A stretch of 64,000 nucleotides of DNA from the human T2T-CHM13v2.0 reference genome, Homo sapiens: NCBI RefSeq assembly GCF_009914755.1, contig NC_060925.1; one strand, 5' to 3'. Shown here in pieces: positions 1-15,553 of the stretch (positions are counted from its first letter, which is position 1; the number at the start of each line of letters is the position of its first letter). Under the pieces are notes generated by a model. That model worked only from the letters and a program-made list of their open reading frames with translations, was not told where the DNA came from and made no database searches. The translations under genes and the position numbers were made by a program.

Positions 1-320
1 AAGCTCATTTAAATAGGAAGGAGCCAAGTAGGGCAGAATAGGTATCTTGCACTAGGTCACATATCTAATTAGTGAGCCCATGCTGTGGGACTCTAAGGCT
101 TTGTTCTTGTACAGCCTCCCAGGATTATTTATTCTGTTTTTTTTTAAGCTTTTCTTTAGGTGCAAATTCTCAAGTTCACCTCTTTGCCTCATTAAATTAT
201 CATTTTTACCTTCTGTTTTCATCTCTTTTACCTCCTTGAAAATCCATCTGTACTTGTATTTCTAAGAAAACAGTAAACTAATTGAAGCTCCAGTTACTTT
301 AGATTTTACAATACTTTCTT

Positions 321-447
321 GGCTGGCTGTGGTGGCTCATGCTTGTAATCACACTTTAGGAGGCCAGGGTGGGAGGATAGTTTGAGGCCACCCTGGACAA
401 TATAGTGAGACCCCATCTCAATTGAAAAAAGAAAAGAAGAGAAAAAA
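321..447 (+). mobile_element. Alu monomer (FLAM-like)
   Basis: Left-monomer sequence, A tail, TSD AATACTTTCTT at 310-320 and 448-458. Confidence 0.8.
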
Positions 448-1104
448 AATACTTTCTTAATGCAATTTTGATTTTCTCTTAAAGCCTTTTAATATAACCA
501 AATCAATGTAGCAATTTGTAAAGGTTAATGTAAAATAAATTATTTTAGTATATAAAGAGATTTTCCCTCTAATGTCTACACGCTGAAAATTAATACTTGG
601 TGTCTTGAGTAACTTAAAAATATTTAAGACCCTATGAGGTTCTTTGGTGAAGGGACAAAAAGTGCAGAATGTACCTAAGTGAGTTTTCTCCAGTTTAGTA
701 AAAGATTTTAAAACCAAGTCTTCAGCAAACCTAGAAATGACAACTATGATTTTATAAGTATGAGAACAAGAATCATGTTTCTTTAATGCTAGTTATACCT
801 TCCAAAAAAACTTCCTTTTAAGTTGAGCCAGATCTGCCAAACCAGCGTATCATCTTGGAGCAATTAAAGGTTTCAGGGTTTCCCCTCTAGAATCTTATTT
901 CCAGTTGACAGATTTTGAAGCTTCCCCAAGGATGCCCATTTGGTAGATGTCATACACTTTCTAATGAAGGGTTGCAAAAAGCAAGTGATCACTTTGTTAA
1001 AACCTGGGGGCTCATTTTGGCTTTGCTCTGTGAACCCCAGAGTTAGCATCTAAAGTGGCAGAAGACACTTAAAAGAGGGATTCTCCCCTTCATATGCTGC
1101 TCCA

Positions 1105-1275
1105 CCATTTGCTAGATAGCTGTGTGGTCTTGGGCAAGTTACTTAAAATCCTAGTGCCTTCTATAAGATGGGAGTAACAACAGCATCCAACTCATAAGTT
1201 GTTGTGAAATAAGATAATCTAGGTAAAGCACATGGCAGAGTGCCTGGTCCATAATAAACATGCAATAAATGTTAG
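1105..1275 (+). mobile_element. MIR element (more MIR/L2 remnants scattered over 1-18 kb and at ~60.5-60.7 kb)
   Basis: CTGTGTGGTCTTGGGCAAGTTACTTAA...AAAGCACATGGCAGAGTGCCTGG core. Confidence 0.65.
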
Positions 1276-2733
1276 ATTTTATTCATCGCAAACGTGGTGA
1301 AACTGAAGGTGACTTGTCTTGAACTCAATTCTTTTAGAAAACCTTCATAGAATTTGATACTCACATTGTAATTCATAGCTTTGTAATACTAGAGACTTCT
1401 AGGTTTTTTAGTTACTGAAAGCACAAAAGATTGTTTTTCTTTATAGGGATGTTAGAGGAAAAATTCACTTTATATTCTGAAATAATTTACATTAACCTTT
1501 ACAAATGTGTTATATTGATTTGGTCACATTATAAGGCACTTAGAGAGAATCAAGAGTGCAGATGGACAGGTCTTGACACATAGCCTCTGCAACCAGGAGA
1601 CAGGCAGAAAACAGACTATGGGGTCTCTAAGACAGCAGGTAGAATAAAAAGGCATGAACTCTGGATTGGGAGCTGGAGGTGCCTGGATCAACGGGAGGAA
1701 GTTGGTTTGGTGATTCCCAAATTGCATTCTCCAAAATTGTTAGCTGTGGTAATAGGCATGCCCTACAAATAATGATTACCTAGTCAAATAGGCTTGGAAA
1801 GTCCTGGTTTAAATATGGTTAACTGCCTTAATTTATTGTAGAACCACTCACTATTCAGTAGTAGTCTAAATTCCAGCCCTGCCTTTTTCTAGCTGTGTGT
1901 GACTTTAAGCAGATTGGTTAACTTCTTCAGCCTCTGTTTCCCCAGTTGAAAATGGGAATACTAATAGTACCTACATTGTTTTATTATGAGCCAAATGAGT
2001 TAGAATTTGGTGCCTGGTTCACAGTAAGCATTATACACGTATCGGCCTTTATTAATGTGGTGGAAGAAGCATAGGAACTGGTATCATTTAATCCCTCTAT
2101 GGACTTTGGGTCACAAACTTGACATCTTAGGGGCACTAATAATTGTCTGTACAATAGGGAAAAAAATACCCACTTCCCTGGCTCATTGTGAGGAATGTAA
2201 TACACATGAGAGATATTCGAAATGTTAAGACACAGTGCAGTGTGAAAAGCACATGGTAAATGTATAATAAACGGTAGGTCTTGTTATTCCCCAAATTATC
2301 CCCGCTATTATTCACTAAAATACATGAACACTGGGCTGATAGCAGTGTGAGATATGCACAAACTGAATACTGTATCTATAGAATGCAACCTGTGTATTGA
2401 TTGACACGTGGAGTAGCCTGAGATTCTACCCTTTTTACATTATGAGGAAACAGCAAGAAAGAGTAGAAATGGACCTCTGTCAAGGGCCTCTATGTCTCAG
2501 ATGGGGTTAAATGTGTAGTATGTTTAGGCCTAAGAAGTCAGGATTGAGAGGGGTAGAGGCACTTGGATCATGGGGCAGACGTAGGTCCTGGTAGTCCCAA
2601 ACTGTTAACTGTGAGAGTAGGCATTATGTTCAAATAAGGTTTCACTAGTCAAATAAATTTAGAATGCCCTGGATTAAATATCATTAAATGACTTTCTTTA
2701 TTGTATATACACTCAGATTCTTTGATACGCTAA

Positions 2734-3076
<343 letters not shown>

Positions 3077-4788
3077 TTTAATTCACATTTTGAAACTCTA
3101 GGAAAAAGATGTGGTTTGCAGCATTTCCCAAATGAGTCCTTTTCTTTTTTCCTCATAAAATGGCTTAGAATGCACTTTACAAAGAACTGACCAAGGGCAA
3201 TTGTGTATCCTTCATGTTTGCTTTGGTCCTTTGTTCTCCCAAAAGGCTGCTAATGTCCTGCTTTACGATTTGGACTTTTTATTATCAGCAGGATTCAGCC
3301 TTGACTTGTTTCTAGTGATGAGGCAGCACATTTCAACCTGTAACATTTTGAACTGTATGAAATTGCTGATATTTGAACATTTTTGACCTACTAAATGACA
3401 ATTTCATGTGGTTCAAACTAATACTTAAGACAGTGACGGCAAGTGCCATTTGCATCCACCTGGTTCAGGTACTTCTTCCAAATACTTGAAGGAGGATGAT
3501 TAGTATGTGGGGACTGGATTCTCCCAGTTTGTACCTCCACTGAGCAAATATTTATGGAACGTTTACTATATACTTTGGACCATGCTGTCCATAGCAATTT
3601 ACCTGTAAAATATTACCTCCCTCCCTCACATTTTATCAGTGAAATACTTGTTGCAAAAGGTTTGGAGAAAGATAAGCCAAAAAATGACATCTGAATATTT
3701 TTTTCAGACCCTGGGTACCACCAGCTCTGCTATTTCTGGGTTTTCCAAATGCGTGGGTCAGCAGTTTCCAACCCCTCCGAGATGCCCAGGGTCCTTCCCA
3801 CAGAGCTGTAGCTGTCATCAGACACTGGTGGGAGGGCCCGGGAAGTAAGCTCCCTGAAGAGTACTTGGCACCTGCTTCACACTGGGCAAGGTGTAAGGAG
3901 AAAGCTGACTCTGGGATGGGTCTACTAGTTAAAGTGGTGATTAATTTAACATTCATTTACTTATCTATTCCTTCCCTCAACACATTGTTATGGAGTGACC
4001 AGAAAATGTGCCCAGTAACTGTGCTAGGGTAGGGACGCAACATCGAACAGGATAGCACCCTGCCTGGCCTCTGCCACCCACAATCTACCACAGGAGGCAG
4101 AAGTCAGCAGGCACTTACAACTGAGTATGGTGGGCAATTCAGGCGAGGCAATATGAAGAAAGCCAGGTGGGAATGGGGGTGGAACGGCATATTGAGAATC
4201 GTGTACTCAGAATTCCCTGCTCTTGGTTGGGGAGAAGTTTGTGCAGTGCTTCTACCCCACCTGCCACTGAGGAAGGGGCCAGTCCAAAAAGGAGATTCTC
4301 AAAGGGTCATTCTTATTAGAACAGTCTGTTTTGCTGTCCAGGGAATCTATATTGTCATGTGTGGAGTTTTGAAATATATATTTCTCAGTCTCAATTTGTA
4401 AACTCTGCAGGCAGCATCAAGAAAAGGTATGGATAGGCCCCTATTTTAATCCAGCTCAATATGCAAAAATTTTTACTTATAAACCATACGTGTTAAGTTG
4501 GAATACATGGGATCTACTGGGTTCTGACCAGTCCATCAGTTTTAATTAATGAGTGAAGGACCTCTGAATTAGAGTCAGGATTCACATTACAGAATGATTC
4601 TTCATTTTCACAGATGTAATCACCACAAAGTTTCTTTAAATAATTACCCTTTTTTTGGTAATTAATATCCGACCCTATCTTAAATGTTAAATTTACACAT
4701 CCATTTTAAGGAACCATCAAGTGTCCAGAGCCTGAATCTGCATTCATCCTCCTGCTGCATATGGCCTTCTTAGAATAGTCTCAAGTGA

Positions 4789-5073
<285 letters not shown>

Positions 5074-8000
5074 TCATTATCTTTTCTTTAAAAAAAATTG
5101 GATGGGGTATAGGAAGCTTAAAGGAAGGAAGTAGCCTAATTTTTAAGTTTGAAAAGTTGCAAAAAATGTTCTTTAAAAAGCAAAGAAGGGATTGCATGTC
5201 TGTCTTCCTCTTTAAAAAGTTAATATTCTTCAGAATATGATAATATAACAACAGTTATCATAACTAATGTAAGTAAAATATAGAGTCCTTTTATTAGCAC
5301 CCTTTTATTTCCTTGAATCATTTAAAATCATACCCATATTATTGCCCTATAATATTTTATTTACTTTCATACAATTATGAAATTTTGCAAAGGACTTGGT
5401 AAAGCAGTATTTTCCAAACTCCAGGTCATGACCCATTGGTGAGTCTGGAAATTAATATAAATTTTATACAAATGAGGTAATAGAATGGAATAGAAATACC
5501 AGAATGCATCACACTTGGTAAGGGTAGATTTTGTTTTGTGAAATTTTGTTTTATATACATTTACACACATATACATGCATATACACATATATATTCACAC
5601 ATATTTATATGTGTATACAAATAACATATAAACATATACATGTGAGTGTACTAACTCACTGTGGAATGCAGACAAAAAATTTAAGAAATCCTAAAATGAA
5701 GAGTTCAAAATAAAGGTAAAATGTAAATAACCATATTACACAATAAATATGATTTTAAACACTAAATAACATTTGTTAAAACAATGCCTTCAGCTTTAAC
5801 AAATTTACAAACTTGTTTAATAAACAAAAGAGGCATGGAGGCAAAATGTACTCCCATATGTGTATATGTACATGCATACAGACATCTACCCATAAATAGA
5901 ATTTTTAAAACCTTCAAATATATTTAAAACCTTTAAAATGTAATTCAAAATAGAACTTCCGATTCCATGAATAGCATTTGTTAATAATATAAAGTAAAAG
6001 ATGCAATTATGCTGATATTTTCACAGTGTTCATTCATTCATCTACTCTAAGCTAAAGACCAATATGAAAAAAAAATTGCAGGGAGTTGCTCTTTTATTTT
6101 AAAGTTTATAACCTACTTATATAGTACCTACCCTCTCATTAGCCTGGGATGAGAGTAGACAGTCTGTGTGATGCACAGAATCCAGAAGGAAATTCTGAAA
6201 CTGCATCTAATAGTTGCAAAGAGACAATCCTATCCTTCATTTTAATGATTTCTTCCTCCATCTCTCTCTGGTCTCAACCAGTCTTGCCTAACATTATAAT
6301 ACTGCTTTTCCCATTCTTCATCATGAACCATAAAGGCTTCTTGCAAACTCTCAAGGCTAAACACATTCCAGACATTCCTTTACACAACGTTCCTGAAAAG
6401 GTTAGTTTCTTAGGATCCTGCAGCAACACTGCCTGCATGGTTCACAGAGACCAGACCGCTGCACAAGCCTTTCACTGGCAGACAGCCAATGGTGCTGCCT
6501 CTCCTCTCCTCTGAAAGACTTGCTTTACTCACCCAGAGTCCATCAAACTCGCTTTTCAAGGGGTAGATGAGGACAGCAGGATCCTCAGTAAAGAAGAATC
6601 ACCTAGTGAGGCAGTTTCCAGCAGCATAGTGAAGCTACACATAGGTCGTATATCTTGGTATGATGTGTATTTGCTTTGGAAAGAGGCATTTAAACAAAGT
6701 TATCCTTAGCAAAGTCTTGCCTCCACCGCCACCAATCCAGGAGTCTCAAAATTACTTTTAATGAATTCAAGAAATAGAAATTCTACCCTGGAACACTTAT
6801 TAGCTGCCTTTCTTATATAAGTAATTACAGGACACACCATTTTCTTCCTTTTTCCTATTAACATTTCCGATTCTGCCTCTCTTTTCTCCCTCCCTCCTTC
6901 TCTTCTCACTTTGTGTCACATACACTTCATTTGAAATTCTCTAATTCTCTTTTTAGACCAGGGAAAATCGATATCAAACATTCCAGGGCCAGAGGTTTTC
7001 AAGAAAGACAAGACAAAAACCACAGAACTTCTTTCACATATGACTGAATCCCTTCACACTCTTTCTGGCCTATGGGATACTCGTTGCTGAGAGGTTTAAT
7101 TTGCCTAGAATTCTCTTTACCCCCTTCTTCCCAACTCAGCCCCTTCTCTTGGTATCCACATTCCTTGATAAATACAGCCAAACCCAGCATCTTTCTCAGA
7201 ATCACAAAACCCTAGTGCAAGGTCTCACAATTCTCACTCCATGAAATATGAGTTCCTGGTCAAGAGTTAAAGGCTGTGATCACACACCTAGATCCGGGTG
7301 CTCTGACCAGTGGAGTTTGTCATAAGGCCCTATTCTTTCTCAGTGATCCATGAGACACTGAACAAATTAGAGGTGCTCTATATTCAGCATGTGACTGACT
7401 GCCAATGAAATGAAACTCAGAACCCAGGGGTACATCACAGAATGAGGAGATGATTCAGAAGCTGAGGGATCATTTGTCACTGCAAACGTATAGTATTAGA
7501 AGGAAAGCTATTAGCTTTAGGAATAAGCCTTTTTCTCTCCTCGTCTCTCTTTCCATGAGCTGGGGCTCACTGAAAGTGTTGCTGAAATGAGGGAAAGATG
7601 GGCAGCACTTTTTCCTGTAGCACATACAGGACACTTAGATTTCCATGTCTCCTTTGTCACCATATCTGTTAGTAATTTTTCTGGATCCATTTAACCAGAC
7701 AGCCTTCTGACTTCAAAATCTGTGGCAGAATTTTCACATGGCCATTCTGAAACAGAGGAGCTCACCTAAACAAATCCTGTAAGACACAGTCACCTAAAAA
7801 TAACCCTAGCAAATTATTGGGAGTAGGAAATGAAGCAGAGATAGCAAGTTCCTACTGACTTTTTAAAGAATCACTATGAAGTGTTTACAAGGATACCGCA
7901 GAGGACTAAAATTAGTTTATTCTGCACAGCATTATCCACTGCTGACTCAAGATGGTGATACAAGCAGTGTTAAGCTGTGAGCTCACCTGGAAGCTCATTC

Positions 8001-11000
8001 TCTAAAATTACTCTCTTGCAGGGATAGACCCCTAGTTCACATTGGTGAATGGAAGATGGGGTATAAATAGCAACTTGTTACGCCATCACTCAGAAGCTAT
8101 GTGTCCTGCTAGTCTCCAGTTTTGTTTCTTCCAGATGTAAGAGCCTCCTGATCAGTCTATTGTCTCTCAGTGTTCAAGGGTATGGAGTGTGTGTGTGTGT
8201 GAATATCATTCTTTCAATTGTACAATACAATAATTAGAAAACTTAGAAGTTAAGTGATGTGGTAAAGATCATACAGCAATTCCCTGACACTTAAAACTGA
8301 GTTTTTGTTCCTATAATCTTCAAAGACTTAAATGTACTGAACCTTTGCTGTTTCTCCTATGAGCCAGAGGACATGTCCTATCAACTGAGTTAAGTGTCAA
8401 CAGTCAACTTGCTAGAAACATGTTCAGATATGTGTAGGGAGAGAAGAATATGTAGATACATATGCTGTACGAGTGGATTCTTATGAAAGAAAGGTTTTCT
8501 TTATATTTAAGGGCAAGTTTATTAGAATTAAGCTGCACATCCACACTCTACTCCAAGTTATTATTTTGGTTGCTTCACTCAAATAGTCAATTCAATAAAG
8601 AAAAAAAAGTCAGCATCTCCAGCATTTCTACGTCAGCCCATAGCCTGTGATGTTCTCTCTTGGTGGCCGATTTTGCATTTGTTTTCATACCTACTATATT
8701 TTCTATATTTCATACCTACTATATTTTCTATAGCATTCATTTCAAGACACAAACAGATATTCTTTAATGTGTGCCAGTCAGTCATTTTGGTTCTAAATAA
8801 TTCTGTTTCTCCATAGGTGCCCATTCTTTGCCGCTGACAACTTTCCCCCATCTGCTTAATCCATTTTCTGGCTTATTAAGTACTGGGATGATTTCTTCAG
8901 TGACAGAAGAAACTATGCATCACTGATTTCCTATTTTTGAAGCCCTGGCATTTTTCTTGTTGGGACACTGCATGCTTCATTTCTAATTAGGCTTTTCTTC
9001 TTACTCATATTTGGCTTTGCTTTATCAATACATTACGCAACCAGTAACTGGAAACAGGATCCCAGAGAGTGCCGCAAGCAAGCTTCCCAGTGACCTAGGG
9101 GAAAGAAGGAGTATTAAGGGGTGAGATGGAATTGGAGTTGCAGGCAAGATGATTATCAAGCTTGATGATGTAATGGGAAGTTGTTAATTTTAAAGCAACA
9201 GCTGGATTCTTTCTCAGGTTGATAGTAGTTCTGTTTTGTAGCCAGATGAGTCTTCAGTGGAAACAATCCCATTTTATCAGATACAGTATTTCCTTTAAGA
9301 TAGGCTTATACCAAACATCTTTAGAGAAAGCCATTGGGCCTATTCTGTTGTACAACCAGGGTTAAGCAAAATGCTCCAGAAGTAGTGTTTTTTTTAAGGT
9401 CCTATTCAAACGCCTCCACTTCCATGAAGTTTTTCCAGATCAGCCCAGCTGAGAGCCATCTCTCCATCCTCTCAACTCCCACAGCACCCTGGGATAATCC
9501 AAGTAAGGCACTTAGCATGGAGCCTGTGTAAAGAAGTGTTCATTATTATTGTCCCTACCTCTTTGTAGTATGTATCATCTTCCTCCTTGTGTCTCCATTG
9601 TGTACACACCACTTATCTCCCCCCATTAACCTGTAAGCTACTGAAGGGTCTGATGCATCGGTTTTTTTTTTTTTTCCCAGCAGTGACTTGCTGGGGAAAA
9701 AAAAAGTACTTGGTAAATGTGTGTCGAATGAATAATAGATGGTTGGCCTTCTCAGGTATCTTTGCATCCTCATGCCTGACATCAGTAGATACTCAATAAG
9801 TGTGAGGATAATGAATGTTCAATGAATGGATATAGGCAAAAAATTCGATTGCTAACTCTTTTGAAAGGCTGCCAGAGTTCAGCCTTTGTGTTCATAGAGT
9901 TAACTTTCCTAATATCCTTAATGTTAATGCCAAAGACAACCAACAATAGCAGCTTTACTCCTGAACCCAGTTCCCATAAATGACATGCTTGTTATTTAAA
10001 TAACTAGACAACTAGTTTCACCGACACTTCCCACATGAGGAGTAAAATTATTATGGCTGATACTTTTTGGGCATTTGCTTTATGCCAGGCTCTGTTCTGT
10101 GCTCTTTCACACACTCACTCACTTAATTCTTGCTGCAATCTATTTTAAAGATGAGGCTCTGAAGTACAAGAAGGTTAAATCCCTTGCTCCAGGCCAGGCT
10201 CTTGCTGAATACCACATTGTAGCCAGAGCTGGGCTGGAGTTGCAGACAAGTTATGGTTTGATGGCACCATTTCTCCATGTTTCATACAAAATGCTAAAAT
10301 AAGCAAATACCAGAATTGGTCCAGCCAAGATGCTAATGCATAGAGACTTTAATGTCTGTCTCAAATATACTTGAGCTCTCAACTGTTCTCTGTATTGTAG
10401 GTGCCCCAGGTAGAGAAGGGGAGGAGGGCTGCAGGAGCTGTTACTTGGTTGTGAGCACAGAAAACAGTCACCTAGAGACTCAGACTTACTTCTATTTGTA
10501 AATATCTGCTCTGCTGCATCAGTAGGCGCCACCTTCCCTCATCTACTTCCACTTTCCGTTTCATACTCTGATCTCTTCCAGGTATTCCCTCAGCTTTGCA
10601 TTTTACACTTTCCTACCCTCCTTCAACTGCGTGAGCCCTACAGGCCATTCAAGAAGCAACTTAAATGGCCTCTGACCATCTCAGACAGGTGTTGGTATCC
10701 CTGCAACTCCTCGTGCATCCCACCCCCAACAGCTGTTAGTGTTTTATTTTGTAATTGTTGGTTTAATTGTCTCTACTGCTAGATTACAGTCTCATCAAGG
10801 ATAGGGACCCTCTCTTATTCATGGGTATCCTGAGAGCCCAGCACAATTCTGGGCACATAGAAAGTGTCTCATAATGTTTGCTGAATGAATAAATGACAGT
10901 GTTGTTTGCATGTCCATACCACTCTGAAAGTATTACATAAACCAACTTCAGGGACTGTGCACCTCCACATTTAGATGCCCAAGATTTGGCATCTAAAGGA

Positions 11001-13608
11001 CACAGCCAAGAATAACTGATTAGAGATGTCGTTTCTCTGTCCCTATATAACAGAGAGAAAATATCCCACTGTTATCCAATATAAGACCATAAAAATGAAT
11101 AGTCTTTGATGAGGAAAAAAAAAGTAAGCCTGAAAAATGTGTGGCTGGAAAAAAAATGTTTCAAACAGCATTTTATTTTTCCCCTCTGTGGACTTGTATA
11201 AATTATGTGTAAGGCAAATATGTGATAGAGAGATGCAGTGGTAATTACTTGTTCTCAAATGTTTGGTTAACTATGCCTCTTAATCCCACATACAGTAGCT
11301 TAGCACAGAATTAAATTCTGCCCCTTAGGCAGAATTAGCATTTGGAATTTCTTATTTCTGTAGTTTAAATGTTTTTATCCCAATATTTGTACTTTTCCAT
11401 TTAGAATAAATAAATGTACTGAGTGTGTGTGGAGAAATATAAATAGCATGGAATTTTTATGATTCAACTCATTGTTCTTATTGGTTTGTGGTCAATTTTT
11501 ATGGGTACCAATTTTTTAAAAATTACTCACCCATAATTAGTTACAGGAACATAGAAAGAATCGCTAGACCACTCTTTCTTCCAATGAATGTAGTATCATC
11601 TTATTGCCAATAATTAAAGTCTTTAATTTTATGAGGGAAAAAATAACTTCCTTCAGGCTTTGCTCTCAAAATGCAGATATTTCATGATACAGTGTTATAT
11701 GAAATAATTAGGAAGAAAGGTTTTTCTTTGCTGCCACTTATAGTAGGAATGGGAAAAAATTGTTGCTCTGATTAACTGGGGAGTCTACTCCACGTGAGCG
11801 GTAGTACTAATTTACTAATTCATCCATTAACATCTGCTGTGTGCCTAAAATGTGCCACAAACTGCTATTTACTGGAGATGTAAGAAGAGCTAAGACTTGG
11901 CCTCTGTCCTTAAGGAGCTTACAAAGAAATGGGAGACGTTTGTATAAACAATTGCAATGAAACAAGACAATTCTTAAATGGAAGTCTATACAAAGCACAG
12001 CAAGCCTGTAGGAGAAGGACGTGAGCCGGATGGGGTAGGAGTGGGCACTGAGGATTATGGATTCACAGAGAGAGCATCTGAGCCGAGACCTGCGGGAGGA
12101 GAAGGAATTTGCCAGGCAGCACAGCTGGTGACTCAGCGACGGGGGAAGGCATCTAGATACAGGAGTGAGTCTATGGAGTCTTTGGGGTTTTATTATTAGT
12201 AGCAAATGGCCTGTGACCCACCTCACAAGTCACAGAAACACATCAGTGAGGCAATCCGTGGTAAGGCTCTCTTATGAAGGTTTTCAGCATAGCAGGGATC
12301 TTTCAGATTGGCCATTAAAGACAGCATGAGTTCACTCTGGCGGCTGTATGGTGGAGACAGCATCTAGAAGCTGCCACAGTGTTGCGGCAAAATGGGATGA
12401 GCCCAGATCTGAAACAACACTGGTAAGAATCAGGGTGTGGAGGGCAATAATGAGGCCAAAGCAGTGGGACCCGGTGATGAACCAGGCAGGTCACAGGTGC
12501 CTTGGGCTGTAAGCCACGAGATCTGGACGGACTCAAGTTTCCAATCAGTGGTTGTGGCTGTCTGCATCACCCAAAATAGAACATAGGTTGAGTCTTGCAC
12601 TCAAACTAACTTGAAGGCAGAATGATGAATAGCCGGACATTAAAGTACTGTGATGACATGAAGTGGGACATTTTCAAAATAGATGATCCTTTCTGGGGGA
12701 GGATATTTGTCTCTGTCGATCTATTAAATAACTGTATCTGGCCCTGGAGAGGTAACTTAACACTTTCAGCAGGGAAGGAGCTGAGGCTGACTCACAGCTC
12801 TCCATCGGCATTTCCCATTTTTCTTTCAAAGCAGTTCATAAATACCTTCTTTATGCTTTACATTTTTACTGTGGAGCCAGCGAATGTATAAGGAAGAAGT
12901 TGATTAGTGTGGTTAATCTACCTCTTCTATTTAATTGCATATTGACATATTCCTGTGTTTATGCCCATAAAATTCCTGTATCTGCTTTCACAGCTCTTCA
13001 GAACTTCAGAAGGAAATCTGTTCCAATCACATTGAACTCCTGTTGTCCCCTGCGTTCAGTAATGAGGTCCCTTCTTTGTGCCTCGGCACAGTCCATTTTC
13101 CTATCTGAATTGTTCTCTCTTAGAAATCCATGAACTTCTTCATATTCTAGCTCAAAATTAAACTTCTCTGAGACATTTAGTCACTATTCCAATTGCTGCT
13201 TTGTTTTTTGACATTTCTGAACTGTATTAACTTTGCATATAAGTGTCTACTTAAGTCTTCTTAAACATTTCATGTACATATTTTGGGCATTTTCAAACAG
13301 TAACATCCTTAACCTAGTGCAACTGTTCAATAGATGACAACCTTAACCAATGGACAAGTAGTAGAAATACATTTCCCTGTCTGCCCTAGTTCCATGTCTA
13401 CCTTTAAACATTTAGAACTTTTTCTAGAACCCAAAATATACGTGCCATTAGGTCAGCATCTCTATTTCTGACTTCTAAGTACAGTTCTTTGAACAAATAT
13501 TCAAAATATTTTATATGCACAGAAAAGTACAGGATGTAACACAGCAGAATTTAAAAAGGTAAATATCTTGTACCATGTTTCAGATATTTTACTTTTATGA
13601 AAAAGATT

Positions 13609-13817
13609 AGGAGCTAAGCTATGAGGATGCAAAGGCATAAGAATGATACAGTGGACTTTGGGGATTCAGGGAAAAGCGTGGGAGGGGAGTGAAGGATATA
13701 AGACTACACATTGGGTACTGCTTGGGTGATGGGTGCACGAAAACTTCCAAAATCACCACTAAAGAACTTATTCATGTCCAATAAATAAATAAATAAATAA
13801 ATAAAGGGAAAAAAAAG
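13609..13817 (+). mobile_element. L1PB-like 3' end with (AAAT)n tail
   Basis: GGAGCTAAGCTATGAGGATGCAAAGGCATAAGAATGATACA...CACCACTAAAGAACTTA. Confidence 0.75.
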
Positions 13818-14400
13818 AATGAAACATTACAAATATAGTTGATATCCTTTTTGTAGTCCTCCCCCCATGCCGTTTACCTCCTTTTATTCCTAGAGGCAAC
13901 CACAAGCCTGAAATTGATGCATTTATTTCCTTTCTCTGTTCCTATAATTTTACTAAATATATATCTTTCTGTGATCAATATATTAATTGTGTTTTAAAAT
14001 TTTACCCAAGTAATATCTTTACACATATGGATTTTGTTATTTTCTCCAACTTCAGAATCTCTGTATTTTGATAAGCAGATGTGATCTTTTATATTTATTG
14101 TGATTATTGATAAGTTTAAGATTGTTTTTAGCATTTTTCTTAGAATTTTTTATTTATTGAAATTTTTCATGCTTTTCTTCTTCTTTTTTGTCCATGTAAG
14201 TAATCATTTTAAAATTCCTTTTTGTTTCCACACTGGTTTGGAAAATAAACATTCTATTTGTCTTTTTAGTGGGGCTGCCACTTTAAATATGAAAATAAAA
14301 CTTATGCATTATTTTTAAAACTCCAAGTCTGTATTTATCTTCTCAGTCTCAATCTGTTGATATTCATCCATTTTTTCCCTAAGCCAATACAATGATCCTT

Positions 14401-14727
<327 letters not shown>

Positions 14728-14960
14728 CTATATGCACTCTTCCATAGCTTACTTTGCAGTTATAACTTTTGAATATCCTTCTATGTCAGTAACACAGTTC
14801 TATCTCATTCTTTCTAATGGCTACATAGCAATGATGATGATAGCTAACATTTTCTGAGTAATTGCTATGTGCTAAGAACTTTGTCTCATCTAAAAATCAC
14901 AACAATTATATGTCAAAAGAAGCCCCATTTTAGAGATGAGGAGCCTGAGGCTTAGAGAGG

Positions 14961-15553
14961 AGTGGCAGATAGAATAATGGTCCCCCAAGATGTCTGTGTC
15001 CAAATCCCTGGAACCTGTCAGTTTGTTATCTTACATGGCAAAAGGGATTTTGCAGATGTGATTAATAGTAAGAACCTAAAAATGGAGAGATCACGCTGGC
15101 CTATCTAGGTGGACCCAATCTAATCACTTGAGTCCTTAAAGGTGGAGCCTTTTCCAGCTGGGTTAGGGAGAGATGTGATGGTAGAAGCAGGGTGAGAGAG
15201 ACAGCAGCCTGAGAAGGATTCACCACCCTGTCGCTGTTTTTGAGAGGTCGACATTTATGTGCAGGGACAAGCAAGAGGCCTCTAGGAGCTAAGGGCAGCC
15301 CTCAGCTAATAGTCAGCAAGGAAAGAGAGATCTCAGTCTTTCAACCACATGGAACTGAATTCTGCCAACACCTGAACGAGCAGGGAAAGGGATTTTCTCT
15401 TAGACTGTACAGGAAGGAGTGCAACCCTGCCCACCCACTGATTTTAGTTCATACCAGACTTCTGACCTGCTGAACTGTAAAATAATAAGTCTGTGTTGTT
15501 TAATGCCCATAAAATTGTGGTGATTTGTTAAGGCAGCAATGGAAATGAATACA
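14961..15553 (+). mobile_element. MaLR solo LTR (MLT1D/E-like)
   Basis: Starts GTGGCAGATAGAATAATGGTCCCC, ends GCAGCAATGGAAATGAATACA; interrupts a MIR-like sequence. Confidence 0.75.
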
